A stretch of 35,581 nucleotides of DNA from Chiloscyllium plagiosum (GCF_004010195.1 NC_057719.1:25533217-25568797); one strand, 5' to 3'; numbered from the stretch's first letter, positions 9,675 to 20,971 are shown. Translations and numbers: made by a program. Notes: generated by a model from the sequence alone, not told the origin.

Positions 9675-10428
9675 TGGAAAAACGAGAATCGTGGTGAAAT
9701 TCACAAGCGGTTTATTAAACAAAGCGATAGCGCAGAAGAGAAATTGACCAGGCTGACACAGACCTGATTCTCTGCACAGATGGCTAGGATTCTCCTCCCC
9801 AGATGGATGGTGCAGGCAGGTTTTATCAGGGTACAACGCAAAGGTGATCATTGTAAAGCAGTTACAGTACAATGGTGAAAATTGTAAAGCGATTAAAACA
9901 AAAATAAACTGAATGGGAATTATTCAAGCGTCCAGCAGCAGCAATTTATTCGTAATTGACACAGGAGGTGCCAGCCATCTCCGTGAGTGGATAAGAATGT
10001 CTTCTGGAGGATTCTTCACTGTTTTTCCCGTCCATGCAAATATGTGTAAATGCCCCTTCTCCTGGCATCCAGGTCTGTCCATGGTGTTCCTCCTGCGAGC
10101 GAAGTCTTCCGGGGCCTCTCGGTCTGTCTGTTTCTTCGTGCAGTATCGGTTTCAATGGGCTTTGAGCTTACCCTTAGAGTATTGGGACCACAGTGCTAAT
10201 CAGGGCTGGGAGCTTACTGTGAAGGCTGTTTGGGAAGTGTGTTCTCTGGTCTCAGAGTAGCTTGCCTATGTTTGGTTTCTTTGTTAGCCTGTTTGGCCAA
10301 GACTGGGGCATTGTGGGTATGTTCTGTGTGTGTTGGCAGGCTTGATCTCTGTGTTTGCAGACCTGACTCTGTGTTTCTTATGTGGTCATGCTCGAGGTGG
10401 GCAAGGTAGCAGATCTTTCTCCCGTATA
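9675..10428 (-). mobile_element. Probable solo LTR (ERV-like)
   Basis: Minus-strand AATAAA at 9711-9716 followed by ~35 nt ending in CA, a TATA-like GATAAAA upstream, and an internal repeat ATTGTAAAGC twice. The TSD is not cleanly resolved. Confidence 0.45.
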
Positions 10429-10961
10429 CTTCAAAGATCTAAGCACCCAAATCTCTTCAGAGACTCATTGCATTTTATTTCATACCATCTAGAAAGTACC
10501 CTGATTTATCCTTTTTCAGTCCAAAATGGATAACCTCATGTCAGTTTACTTTGAATTAGAATGAGAATTAGCTTTATGTCACATATATTGAAATGAGTAC
10601 AATGAAAAGTTTGCAAGTTGCCACTCAACACCATCTTAGGTACAAAGGTACCGAGGTTATAAAGTACAAATTCTTAGGGAAAACAATTAAGAAAAATAAA
10701 GAAATAAGAAGCCCAGCGTTACAGATCACAGAAATAAATCAGAAAAATAAAGAAAAAGGAAGTTCAGAATAACAGTCCTTCCAGCCCAGTCCATCAAAGC
10801 TTCTAGTCTGCGCTAGGCCTTGATTCCAAACCACACCAGGCTTTGCCTCGTGGTTTTGAGCTGGGGGACAGCTGTGGAATCATCTCCAGGCCAGAAGTTC
10901 ACGCTGAGGCCACACCGAGCCAAGAGACCACCATGCTGATCTGCCAAGAGACCACCATGCC

Positions 10962-11105
10962 ATTTGCCATAGTTTTACCCATTCACTTAGTTCATCAATA
11001 TCCCTTTATCATTTTATGCTGTCATCTATACTGTCTACAATGCAATCTATGTCATCAGCAAATTTGGATATATAACTTTCTATGCTATTATCCAAGTTGT
11101 TATCA
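10962..11105 (-). mobile_element. Decayed CR1 RT fragment
   Basis: NNLDNSIESYISKFADDIDCIVDS. Confidence 0.75.
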
Positions 11106-11129
11106 ATAAACATTTGGATCGTTTCTTTT

Positions 11130-11286
11130 CTTGATCTCTCTCTTTCTGCAGCTATAACACTATATTCTGTATTCTGTTCTGTTACCCTAAAATATTTACA
11201 TAAGGTATGATTTGCCTGGTTAGCACACAAAGCAATACATTTCATTGTATATCGTCACATTTGACAATAATAAATCAGATCAAATT
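11130..11286 (+). mobile_element. 3' tail of a Rex1/Babar-like LINE
   Basis: Similar to the reverse complement of the tails at 18240-18370 and 32385-32480 (GTATGATTTGCCTG...ACATTTGACAATAATAAATCA). Confidence 0.6.
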
Positions 11287-11305
11287 CTGACATTTCCTAT
11301 TTCAG

Positions 11306-11739
11306 GGTTCTCTTGATCTCTCCATCAGTGCATCTCCCCTCAAATAGTTCCTGGACTTCCTTATACATCAGACACCTTTCTCAGAGAGCAGTTTAGTGGT
11401 CTTCCAAGCTATCTCTCGTCCATTTACATCAATTTTGTTCCACCAGGAGATTTCTGGTGTTATCTTTCAGCTCCCACCTCGTTTGCTCTGGTAGGACAGG
11501 TTTTGAGATGGCTGATAAACCCACTGTGCCATCTACAGGCTCTAGGTAAAAACGAGGACTGCAGATGCTGGAAACCCAAGTCTGGATTAGAGTGGTGCTG
11601 GAAAAGCACAGCAGGTCAGGCAGCATCCAAGGAGCAGGAAAATCGACGTTCTGGGCAAAAGGCCTTCATCAGGAATACAGGCAGGGACCCTGCAGGGTGG
11701 GGAGATAAATGAGGGGCGGGGGGGGGGGGCTCTGCAAGT
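11306..11739 (+). pseudogene. Decayed exon, interrupted by the PLE at 11544-11727
   Basis: Acceptor TTTCCTATTTCAG|G, donor AGT|GTGAGC at 11740. All three frames are stop-poor, so the true frame is ambiguous (e.g. SPLK*FLDFLIHQTPF...GVIFQLPPRLLW, or QCISPQIVPGLPY...FVPPGDFWCYL). Confidence 0.4.
11544..11727 (-). mobile_element. Penelope-like element 3' end, TSD GGCTCT
   Basis: Same terminus as 8326 and 16948. Minus-strand hammerhead remnant CTGATGAAGGCCTTTTGCCCAGAACGTCGA at ~11643-11672. Confidence 0.85.
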
Positions 11740-11809
11740 GTGAGCAAGTAACATTTGAAAGGCAGGGCAGTTGGGTTGTTTGAAAGTTTATGCATCCTTG
11801 AGTGTAATG

Positions 11810-12028
11810 ATGTCCATGAAACCATTGTTGGTTGTCAGAAAAGTCCATCTGATTCACTAATGTCTCCTTTAGGAAGGAAACTGCCATCCTTACGTGGTCT
11901 GGTCTACATGTAACTGCAGACCCACAGCAATGTGGTTGATTCTTAACTGCCCTCTGGGCAATTAGGGTTGGGCAATAAATGTTGGCCTAGATTATGATGT
12001 CCTTATCCCACAAATGAATAAAAAAAAG
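11810..12028 (+). mobile_element. 5'-truncated shark tRNA-derived SINE
   Basis: Same body and tail as 18638-19187 and 25308-25641 (GGAAGGAAA.TGCCATCCTTAC.TGGTCTGG...GGGCAATAAATG...(A)n). Confidence 0.85.
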
Positions 12029-12099
12029 TTTAGCCACTGCTGAAACCATTATCTGTGTCTTTCTTATATCTCAAGTTGCTTATTCCCCTGCATGCCTGA

Positions 12100-12430
12100 T
12101 CTGTCAATATACCCCCTTCTACCATCTTTCAACTTGTGGTCATCCAAAATTGTGCTATCCATCTCCTAACTCATGCCAGGCCTTAACTTCTGGAATTCAG
12201 TCCTTCAACCCCTCATCTCTGCCTCTCTATTCAACTTTGGGAGACTCCTAAGATCCTATTTCTTTGAAACTAGATTTTGGTCATCTGTCCTAATATTACC
12301 TTACATGGCTAAAGTGTCAAATACTATTTCGTATTTTGATAAATATAATTTATTTTGTAATTATGCATAACTAATTTAATATTGCTTATATGCAGCACCT
12401 TGGGGCATGTTGCTATATGATAGGTGCAAA
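12100..12430 (+). mobile_element. Decayed L2 LINE 3' fragment
   Basis: QLVVIQNCAIHLLT...FWNSVLQPLISASLFNFGRLLRSYFF resembles L2 LQ..QN.AAR.LT...LWNSLP..LR...SL..FK..LKT.LF. Confidence 0.6.
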
Positions 12431-12551
12431 TCCAAGTAATTACAACAACTAAAATCCTCCACTGAAAATTTAAATTAGAAACTTGATTGATTTTCAAACT
12501 GTATTAGTGAAAAAGCTGAGAAAGTAGAATGAGCGTGATCACCTTGAACAA

Positions 12552-12700
12552 CCGATGTTTTGGGCAAAAGCCCTTCATCGGGAAGGGCTTTCGCCCAAAA
12601 CATCGATTTTCCTGCTCCTTGGATGCTGCCTGACCTGCTGGGCTTGTCCAGCACCACGCTCTTGACTCTAACCTCCAGCATCTGCAGTCCTCACTTTCAT
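12552..12700 (+). mobile_element. Short PLE-derived insertion with a terminal hairpin, TSD CTTGAACAA
   Basis: TSD at 12543-12551 and 12701-12709. A hairpin with 24-bp arms (12553-12605) is formed by two inverted hammerhead halves. Confidence 0.88.
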
Positions 12701-12770
12701 CTTGAACAATATCATGTGAGCAAATCACAGATTTTCGTATTCTAAATGTTCTGGCTTTGATTTGAAGTAT

Positions 12771-13210
12771 TAGAACATAGACCAGACAAGGACAGGAGCA
12801 GGCTCTTTGGCTCAACATGTTTGTGCTGACCATGATGTCATTCAAAACTAAACTCATCTGCCTGCATATAGTCCATATCCCTCTATACCCTTCCTGTTCA
12901 TGAGTCTGTCTAAATGCCTCTTAAACTCTGCTATCATATCTGCTTCTAACACCTCTTCTGGCAGTGTGTTCCAGGCACCTACCACCCTCTGTGCAAAAAA
13001 CCTGCCTCGTATATCTCCTTTAAATATTCCCCTCTAACCTTAAACCTATGCTCCATTGTGTTTGCCATTTCCACCTTGGGGAAGAGACTCCGATTATCCA
13101 CCCTATTCATGCTGCTCATCATGTTATACACTTCTGTCAGATCACCCCTCAGCCTCCATTGCTCGAGCTAAAGGAATCAAAGTTTGTCCAACTTCTCCTG
13201 ATACTGAAGC
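12771..13210 (-). mobile_element. CR1 3' end
   Basis: Minus strand reads RLRGDLTEVYNMMSSMNRVD...HRFKVRGEYLKEIYEAG, followed by a (TTCTATG)-type tail. Confidence 0.85.
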
Positions 13211-13221
13211 TGCCGAAGAAA

Positions 13222-13447
13222 CATAACCCATGACCCTCGTCTTTAACAAAACATTGTGAAATGCTGAATTTTCAGCAGGGAGATCTGGTCATGGGTTCGC
13301 ACAAGCTTCATTGAGGGTTTATGGTCTCTGGAAATTAGCCAGAAGGTTCATGTTTCTACCTCACAAAATTGTTACAAGGTCCAAGTCTGAAAGCAGACTC
13401 AGGGTACAGTAACAGAGTTAAAGAATCTGAATCACTTGATATTTTAA
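13222..13447 (+). pseudogene. Possible decayed exon
   Basis: THDPRL*QNIVKC*IFSREIWSWVRTSFIEGLWSLEISQKVHVS echoes THDSRY*GQINHIMPWVSRHAFIE in exon B. Splice sites are unclear. Confidence 0.3.
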
Positions 13448-13811
13448 GTAATGTAATGTGGATATTTCAATACCTGCACTCATAGAAACGCGGCCTGATT
13501 TTTATAAGGACCAGGAATATATTGCTGACCCAATGTTACCTCCACTCAAACAATAAGTGATGATTTCCCCACTGTTTACCACGCCATACTGAAATAATTT
13601 TAAAAAAAATTCCCAACTCATGACTCCAGTCAAGTGATCTAAATGATCACATCCTCAAAATATTAACTAGGAAGAGCTATACTACCCAGCAAGGCATACC
13701 CTAAAGCAAATTAATGACTATACGTGAAATGAAAATCCTGCTCAAGTTAATGGAATCTGAAACAGTTAATTTTCCTGGCTCTGAGGCTAATACTAGTAGC
13801 ATATCTTGCAT

Positions 13812-14310
13812 AGCAACAACTTCTGTCTCTACAGCACTTTCACCTTAATCAATCATCACAGGGCATTTCACAGCAGCAACATGAAATAAAGCATAACACA
13901 AAGTCACATAAGGAGATATTGGATCAGATAGCCAAAATTTGGTCAAACATGTAGATCTTGAGGGGTGGTTTAATGGAGAAAAATGAGGCATTGAGGCAGT
14001 AATGTATAAGGGCAGTATTTCAGATCATGGGGCCAAGGCATCTCTAGGTGCAGCCACCAACTATGGAGTGAATTAAACAAGGGGACACATGAAAGGGCCA
14101 AATTAGAGGGGTGCTGATATTTTGGAGCCTCGTGGTGGTGGAGGAGATTACAGGGATAAGGGAGGGTGAGGCTATTGACAGGTTTGAAAATAAGGATGGG
14201 AAGCTAAAAATCAAGATATTGCTTCACCAAGTGCGGGTCAATGTAGCTCAGTGAACAGCAGGGGACAGAAGAACATGACTAGCTATGGGCTAAGACCAGG
14301 CCAGCAGTGA
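13812..14310 (-). mobile_element. Decayed L2 LINE 3' region
   Basis: Partly reverse-complement similar to 12100-12430 (e.g. CACATAAGGAGATATTGGATCAGATAGCCAAAATTTGGTCAAA). Confidence 0.6.
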
Positions 14311-14337
14311 TTGAGACCCAAATTTTCATCTTGACAG

Positions 14338-14576
14338 ACAGGCTTCACTTCTGGCAAAAATGGCCAATACAGCCCAAATTTGCAGGTCCTACCCCTAAAC
14401 ATGTCACTAGCCCTTTTTTCGCAGGGACAGGAATCAGACTGAGTTCTGCACATGTGCATTTTGTGGGGCAGCTGCCTCCACTGAAGTGGGGGTTTGGTAT
14501 GGAGTCAAGAGTGCTCACATTTGACCTGCCATGAGCAGGTCTGACCTTTGGGGATTCGTTTGGGTCAGCGAGTGTG
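14338..14576 (+). pseudogene. Decayed exon with a single in-frame TGA
   Basis: Acceptor TTTTCATCTTGACAG (or ACAG at 14341) and a consensus donor GTG|GTAAGT. Reads RLHFWQKWPIQPKFAGPTPKHVTSPFFAGTGIRLSSAHVHFVGQLPPLKWGFGMESRVLTFDLP*AGLTFGDSFGSASV. Confidence 0.6.
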
Positions 14577-14705
14577 GTAAGTACCATTTGGATTTGATCC
14601 TGAAACACCTTCAGTGGAGTCATGTATCCTTAGAAGACGCAAGGTACCCTTTAGGGGACAGGGAGGTAGGGTTAGGTACACTTAAGTACAGTGGGGGAGG
14701 ACTCT

Positions 14706-16948
14706 CTGTTACCCGCTCTCAACATCTTTATTTCCAATTGCCACCGGACATTGACCGCCTCAACATATCCAACCCTCTCACCCACTCCAACTCTCACCCT
14801 CACAATATGCAGCCCTCCACTCCCTCTGCTCCAACCCCAAAGTCACCATCAAAGCAGCAGACAAGGGGGTGGGGATGCAGTGTTAGTTTGTCGCACTGAC
14901 CACTACATGGCGAAAGCCAGGCACCAGCTTGAAGACACCTCCTCCTACCGCCCCTCAACCATGACCTCACCTCTCATCACCAAACCATCTTCTCCCAGAC
15001 TGTACGCAACCTCATCACCTTAGGGGATCTCCCACCCACAGCTTCCAACCTCACCACACCGCCCAGTTCTATCTCCTATCCAAGATCCACAAGCCTGACT
15101 ACCCCGGCTGACCCATCATCTCAGCCTGCTCCTGCCCCACCGAATTCATCTCCACCTATCTCGATACTGTCCTATCGCCCTGGTCCAGAAACCCGCCACA
15201 TACGTTCGGGACACCACCTGCGCCCTCCACTTCCTCCAAGACTTTTGTTTCCCTGGCCCCAATGCCTCATCTTTACCATGGACATCCAGTCCCGATACAC
15301 CTCCATCTGCCATGACCAGGGCCTCCAGGCCCATGTTTCTTCCTCTCCTGACGTCCCCACCATTACCATCCCACTGACACTCTAATTCATTTGGCTGAAC
15401 TGGTCCTCACCCTCAAAAATTTCTCCTTCAAATGAAAGGGATAGCCAGGAGCACCTGCTTGAGCCCCAGCAAAGCCTGTCTCTTTGTCGGCTACATGGGA
15501 ACAATCCATCTTCCACAGTTACACCAGCACCATTCCCCATCTTTCCTCCACTACATTGATGACTGCATCAGCGTCATCTCCTACTCCTACAAGGGGGGTT
15601 GAACAGTTCATCAACTTCACCAACACATTCCACTCCAAACATAAATTCACCTAGACCATCTCTGACACCTCCCTCTCCTTCCTTGACCTATCCAGCTCCA
15701 TCAACAATGACAGACTCAACACTAACATTTTCTACAAACCCATCAACTCCCACAGCTACCTGGATTACACCCCTCCCACTCTGCCTCCTGTAAAAATGCT
15801 ATCCATTATTCCCAATTCCTCCACCTCTGCCACATCTGTTCTCAGGAGGACCAGTTCCACCACGGAACACACCAAATGGCCTCCTTCTTTAAAGACCACA
15901 ATTACCCTTCCCACGTAGTTGAAGATGCCCTCCAGAGTGTCTCATCCACTTCCGCACCATCGCTCTCGAACCCTACCCCTCCAACCGCAACAAGGACAGA
16001 ACCCCCCAGTCCTCACCTTCACACCACCAACCTTCGTATACGTCGCAACATCCTCTGCTATTTCCGCCACCTACAAATGGACCCCACTATCAGAGATATA
16101 TTTCCCTCCCATCCCTATCTACTTTTTGTCAAGACCGTTCCCTCCATGACTCTCTCGTCAAGTCCACGCCCCCCAACAACCCATCCTCCCCTCTCAGCAC
16201 TTTCCCCTGCCACCTCAGGAATTGCAAAACCTGCGCCCACACCTCCCCCCTCACCTTTCTCCAAGGCCCCAAAGGAGCCTTCCAAATCCATCAAAGTTTC
16301 ACCTGCACTTCCACACATGTCAGTTACTGAATCTGTTGCTCCTGATACAGTCTCCCCTACATTGGGGAGACAGGGGTCTACTGGCAGTGCACTTCAGAGA
16401 ACATCTCCGGGACACCCGCACCAACCAACCCTCACCACCCCTTGGCCAAACACTTCAACTCTCCCGCCCACTCTGCCAAGGACATGCAGGTCCTGGGCCT
16501 CCTCCATCGACACTCCCTAACCACCCGATACCTGGGGGAAGAATGCCTCATCTTCCACCTTAGGACCCTCCAACCTCATGACATCAATGTGGATTTCACC
16601 AGTTTCCTCATTTCCTCTCCCCCCACCTTACCCCAGTTCCAACCTTCCAGCTCAGCACCATCCTCTTGACTTGTCCTATCTGTCCATCTTCCTTCCCACC
16701 TATCCACTCACCCCAGCTCTGACCTATCAGCATTACTTCACCTCCATCCACCTATTGCACTCTCAGCTACTTTCCACCCAGCCCCACACATGTCCCATTT
16801 ATCTCTCCATCCTCAAAGCTCCCAGCCTCATTCCTGATGAAGGGCTTTTGCCCAAAACGCAATTCCCCTGCTCCTCAGATGCTGTCTGGCCTGCTGTGCT
16901 CCACACTCTTGACTCTAATCTCCAGCATCTGCAGTACTCACTTTCACA
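14706..16948 (+). mobile_element. Penelope-like retroelement, 5'-truncated and frameshifted (RT + GIY-YIG), 14-bp TSD TGGGGGAGGACTCT
   Basis: Motifs IKAADKG, FYLLSKIHKPD, IFTMDIQS, YIDDCI, FYKPINSHSYLDY, YIGET, AKHFNSPAHS, EECLIFHLRTLQPHDINVDF. TSD at 14692-14705 and 16949-16962. Hammerhead remnant at 16834-16860. Confidence 0.93.
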
Positions 16949-17180
16949 TGGGGGAGGACTCTACAAATCTTTGAGATTGTTAACAATTGAGATGATTATG
17001 CCTAAAAAGGCATGTAAATGCCTTGATATTGTAAAGCTATCATGAAATGTCAAACTTGTCAACAAGTGTCAAACATGCCAAGGGCTGTCAAACTGCGTTT
17101 TAATAGAAGAGTGTTGTTCTCAATAGACCGTAAGCTGCAAGATAGAAATTTAAGTTATAGAACTTCCTTTCTTTTTTCAA

Positions 17181-17230
17181 GTGTGTATGGTTACATGTGG
17201 TTTGGCATGTTCAGAAAAGGTGAAAAGGAT
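17181..17230 (+). pseudogene. Possible small exon (VYGYMWFGMFRKGEKD)
   Basis: Acceptor TTCCTTTCTTTTTTCAAG and donor GAT|GTGAGT, with an open frame. May instead start upstream at ~17127. Confidence 0.35.
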
Positions 17231-17234
17231 GTGA

Positions 17235-17465
17235 GTAGAAAGTAGGCAATGAGTTGGCATGGGGGATCAGACTGGAAGAATTCAAACAAGGATTTTTGGA
17301 TTTGGGATGAGCACCACTTTTAAGAATTCTGGAGAAGAAAGGGATGTTGAACCTGGGTTTGTAATTTGCAAGAACAGTGTGATCATGGGCATTTTTTTTT
17401 AGGCCAGCGCTGATGATAGTATAGCCTGGTTGATGATGGTCACTGAGGCAGTAGTGAGACATTCC
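17235..17465 (-). mobile_element. L2 LINE RT N-terminal fragment
   Basis: LKKNAHDHTVLANYKPRFNIPFFSRILK resembles LKKP.LDP..LANYRPISNLPFLSKILE. Confidence 0.7.
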
Positions 17466-17472
17466 AATTCAG

Positions 17473-17691
17473 CGTAGAGCTTGATCCTTACTCTTGGAGA
17501 AGGGAACCATTCAGAAAAGCTGAAGAGTCAGTGGGATGGGATAATGGCCTGTTCATCCACCTCTGTCACCAGCTCCTCCTGACAGGCTCAAGACAGGATT
17601 TCTGTGACTAATGGAACCACCCAGTGCCCAGTCACATTACCCTTGAGCTGCTGCACAGTGACATCAGAAAGGGAACTCAATCATTTCTAAG
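17473..17691 (+). pseudogene. Possible decayed exon
   Basis: VELDPYSWRREPFRKAEESVGWDNGLFIHLCHQLLLTGSRQDFCD*WNHPVPSHITLELLHSDIRKGTQSFLR, ending at AAG|GTGAGA. The LC..LL..G and G...F.R motifs echo segments A and B. Confidence 0.4.
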
Positions 17692-18024
17692 GTGAGAAGA
17701 GCCCAAGATCAAACAAACTTCAGCATTGTAGGCTACGGAGAATGAGACCCACAAAATGAAGTGGGAAACGTTGAGGAGATGGGGCTCGTTTTTCATTTCA
17801 GAACCTATTGCATCCACTAAAACAACCTCAATCATCATCTAAAAAAGAAATATCTCCTTTAAGCCCTGCCACCAGTATTAACGTGTAGCTGAAAGTGAAG
17901 GATTGGATGATGAGAATAAAATCCAGGTTTGGGGCAGATTTTAGATAGTGATTTTACTCCATTCACCTCTGTTATCTATCCCATTCCATTTTAAGTGGGA
18001 GAAGAATCTGATCCATGACTGAAT

Positions 18025-18196
18025 AGAGAATGATGTATTCAAAATATATTTGTATTGTTATCTGAAAAGGGAGAAAGTGCAGGGTTACAAGGAAGAGGCC
18101 CGGGAAGGGCATTAAGTGAACAGTTCATTTGGTGAGCCAACATAGATGCAATGGATCAATTGGCCTTTTTCTGTGCTGTAAACGGTCTGTGGTTCT
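18025..18196 (+). mobile_element. Decayed CR1 3' tail
   Basis: ATTCAAAATATATTTG...GCAGGGTTACAAGG...TGGCCTTTTTCTGTGCTGTAAAC. Confidence 0.6.
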
Positions 18197-18237
18197 GCAA
18201 GATGAAAACAATTAGAAACAGAAAAACCAACGCATGG

Positions 18238-18610
18238 AATGATTTAATTTGATTTATGTTTATCACATGTACCTAGGTACAGTAAAAAGTTTTGTTTTGC
18301 GTGCAGTACAGGCAGATCATACCATACAATGATTATAGCGTGACTGAACAAAATGAAGAATACAAAGTTACGGTTGCAGAGAAGTGCACAAAAGCCAAGA
18401 TCAACATTACATTTGAAATTTGAGGAGCCCTACTCGAGTCTGATAACAGCGGGGAAGAAGCTGTTCTTAAATCTATTAGTATGTGTATATAAGCTTTTGT
18501 ATCTTCTGCCTGACGGAAGATGTTGGAAGAGATTATAACCAGGGTGGGAGGGGTATTTGACATTGGCTGTCTTTCTGAGACAGTGAGAAATTTAGATGGA
18601 GTCAATGGAG
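18238..18610 (-). mobile_element. Rex1/Babar-like LINE 3' end
   Basis: Minus strand encodes QHLPSGRRYKSLYTHTNRFKNSFFPAVIRL, followed by an (AAATC)-like tail. Confidence 0.75.
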
Positions 18611-18840
18611 CCCTGTGTAAAGTAATGGCGAGTTAACGGGAGGCAATGGCCTACTGGCATTATCACTGGACTGTTAATCCAGATACACAGGTAATGTTCT
18701 GGGGACCTGGTTTGAATCCCACCATGGCAGATGGTGGAATTTGGAATTCAGTTAATAGAAAATCTGGAATTAAGAGCTGACGATCACAAGATCATTGTTG
18801 ATTGTCAAAATCTGGTTCAGTAATGTCCTTCAGGGAAGGA

Positions 18841-19042
18841 CAAAGTTAAAAATCACACAACACCAGGTTATAGTCCAACAGATTTAATTGGAAGCACTAG
18901 CTTTCGGAGCGATGCTCGTTCATCAGGTGGTTGTGAAGGAGTGGTGCTCTGAAAGCTAGGGCTTCCAATTAAACCTGTTGGACTATAACCTGGTGTGTGA
19001 TTTTAAACTTTGTACACCCCAGTCCAACACTGGCACCTCCAA
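18841..19042. mobile_element. Fold-back PLE-derived mini-insertion (second family), 12-bp TSD TTCAGGGAAGGA
   Basis: TSD at 18829-18840 and 19043-19054. Inverted arms of ~80 bp (18841-18922 against 18934-19012). Confidence 0.9.
18895..18929 (-). ncRNA. Minimal type I hammerhead ribozyme motif
   Basis: CAC-CUGAUGA-A-CGAGC(AUC)GCUCC-GAAAGCUA-GUG. Stem I is CAC/GUG, the core is intact, stem III is the palindrome AGCU, and there is a mismatch at the base of stem II. Confidence 0.7.
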
Positions 19043-19204
19043 TTCAGGGAAGGAAACTACCATCCTTACTTGGTCTGGACTACACAGGGCTCTAGGCTCC
19101 CAATGGTTGACTCTAAGCTGCCCTCTGGGATGGGCAATAAATGGTAGCCTAACCAGCAACATTCCATAAGTGAACAATTTAAAAAAATCAACGGATTAGT
19201 ACGA

Positions 19205-20645
19205 GATGTTTGGAGGGTGGCAAATGTTATTTGCTTGTTCAAGAAAGGGAATAGGGATAACTCTGGGAATTACAGGCCCGTCAGTCTTACATCGGTGGTG
19301 GGCAAATTATTGGAGAGGATTCTGAGAGACAGGATTTATGATTATTTGGAAAAGCATAGTTTGATTAGAGATAGTCAGCATGGATTTGTGAGGGGAAAGT
19401 CATGCCTCACAAACCTTATTGAATTCTTTGAGGATGTGACAAAACACATTGATGAAGGTAGAGCAGTGAATGTGGTGTATATGGATTTTAGCAAGACGTT
19501 TGATAACGTTCCCATGGTAGACTCATTCAGAAATGAGAAGGAGGCATGGGATACAGGGACATTTGGCTGTCGGGATACAGAATTGACTGGCCCATAGAAG
19601 ACAGAGGGTGGTGGTAGATCGAAAGTATTCAGCTTGAAGCTCAGTGACCAGTGGTGTTTCACAGGGATCATTCTGGGACCTCTGCTCTTTGCAATTTTTA
19701 TAAATGACTTGGATGAGGAAGTGGAAGGATGGGTTAGTAAGTTTGCCAATGACAGAAAGGTTGGTGGAGTCGTGGATAGTGTGGACGGCTGTTGTAGGTG
19801 GCAACAGGACATTGACAGGATGCAGAGCTGGGCTGAGAAGCGGCAGGTGGAGTTCAACCTGAAAAAGTGTGAAGTGATTCATTTTGGAAGATTCAATTTG
19901 AATGAAGATTGCAGGGTTAAAGGCAGGATTCTTGGCAGTGTGGAGGAACAGAGGGATCTTCGGCTCCATGTCCATAGATCCCACAAAGAAGCCACCCAAG
20001 TTGACAGGGTTGTTAAGAAAGTGTGTGGTGTCTTGGCTTTCATTAACAGGGGGATTGAATTTAAGAGCCACAAGGTTATGCTGCAGCTCTATAAAGCCCT
20101 GGTTACACCACACTTGGATATTGTGTTCTGTTCTGGCTACCTCATTATAGGAAGGATGTGAAAGCTTTAGAGAGGATGCAGAGGACATTTACCAAGGTGC
20201 TGCCTGGGCTAGAGGGCATGTCTTTTGAAGCATGATTGAGGGAGCTGGGGCTTTTCTCATTAGAGCGAAGAAGAATGAGAGATGACTTTATAGAAGGTGT
20301 ACAAGATGATGAGAAGCATAGATAGAGTGGACAGCCAGAGGCCTTTTCCCAGGGTTGAAATGGTTATTACAAGGGGGCATAATTTTAAAATGATTAGAGG
20401 CAGGTTTAGGGGAGATGTCAGAGGTAGGTTCTTTACACAGAGTGGTGTATGTGTGGAATGCACTGCCAGCGGTGGTAGTAGAGTCAGATAAATTAGGGAC
20501 ATTTAAGAGACTCTTGGATAGGTACACATGGATGATAATAAAATCAAAGAGCATGTGGGTTAGTTTGATCTTAGAGTAGGATAAAAGGTCAGCACAACAT
20601 CAAGTGCCAAAGGACCTGTATTGTGCTGCACTGTTCTATGTTCTA
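19205..20645 (+). mobile_element. CR1 (HER1-like) LINE, 5'-truncated RT region and 3' end, frameshifted
   Basis: NYRPVSLTSVVGKLLERI, QHGFVRGKSCLTNLIEFF, YMDFSKTFD, LGPLLFAIFINDL, KFANDRK, and a (TTCTATG) tail. Confidence 0.96.
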
Positions 20646-20971
20646 ATATTAAGAACAATCAAAAACCACAATGGGCACATGACTGGATAAAATTAAGACA
20701 CGTTCCTCATTTGTAAACATCTTTTGATCTTCTGACAAATGACTCATTTGGAATTAAACATTCTTTATTCTCAGTCAGTTGAGGAATTGACAGACACGTA
20801 ATAAGTAAAAGCTTACGTTCTTAAGTGTGAAGTTTCATTACTATGTTCAACAGCCAGGCAACGGGTAAATCCTGAGGTCACTGACAGCTGTTGAGGAAAT
20901 GGCACAGCACAGATAAACTGAGAACATTGTAAATCAGATGAAAACAGCTTGATCAGCTTTATTTTACTGAT

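Larger units (their letters stand above)
18638..19187 (+). mobile_element. Full-length shark tRNA-derived SINE, interrupted by a PLE
   Basis: A-box-like TGGCCTACTGG, B-box-like GGTTTGAATCC, the shared SINE body and an A-rich tail. Confidence 0.88.

Noticed and set aside
10555..10960. Repeat-like block with a LINE-type tail and an 18-bp duplication (GCCAAGAGACCACCATGC)
   Set aside because: Probably a retroposon remnant, but I cannot support a family or boundaries.
15876..16520. 214-aa Pro/Ser/Thr-rich ORF as a mucin-like gene
   Set aside because: It is a mostly off-frame reading of the C-rich Penelope ORF.
20775..20930. Exon candidates after TTCTCAG and TCAACAG
   Set aside because: Stops in all frames, a weak donor, and no similarity to other segments.
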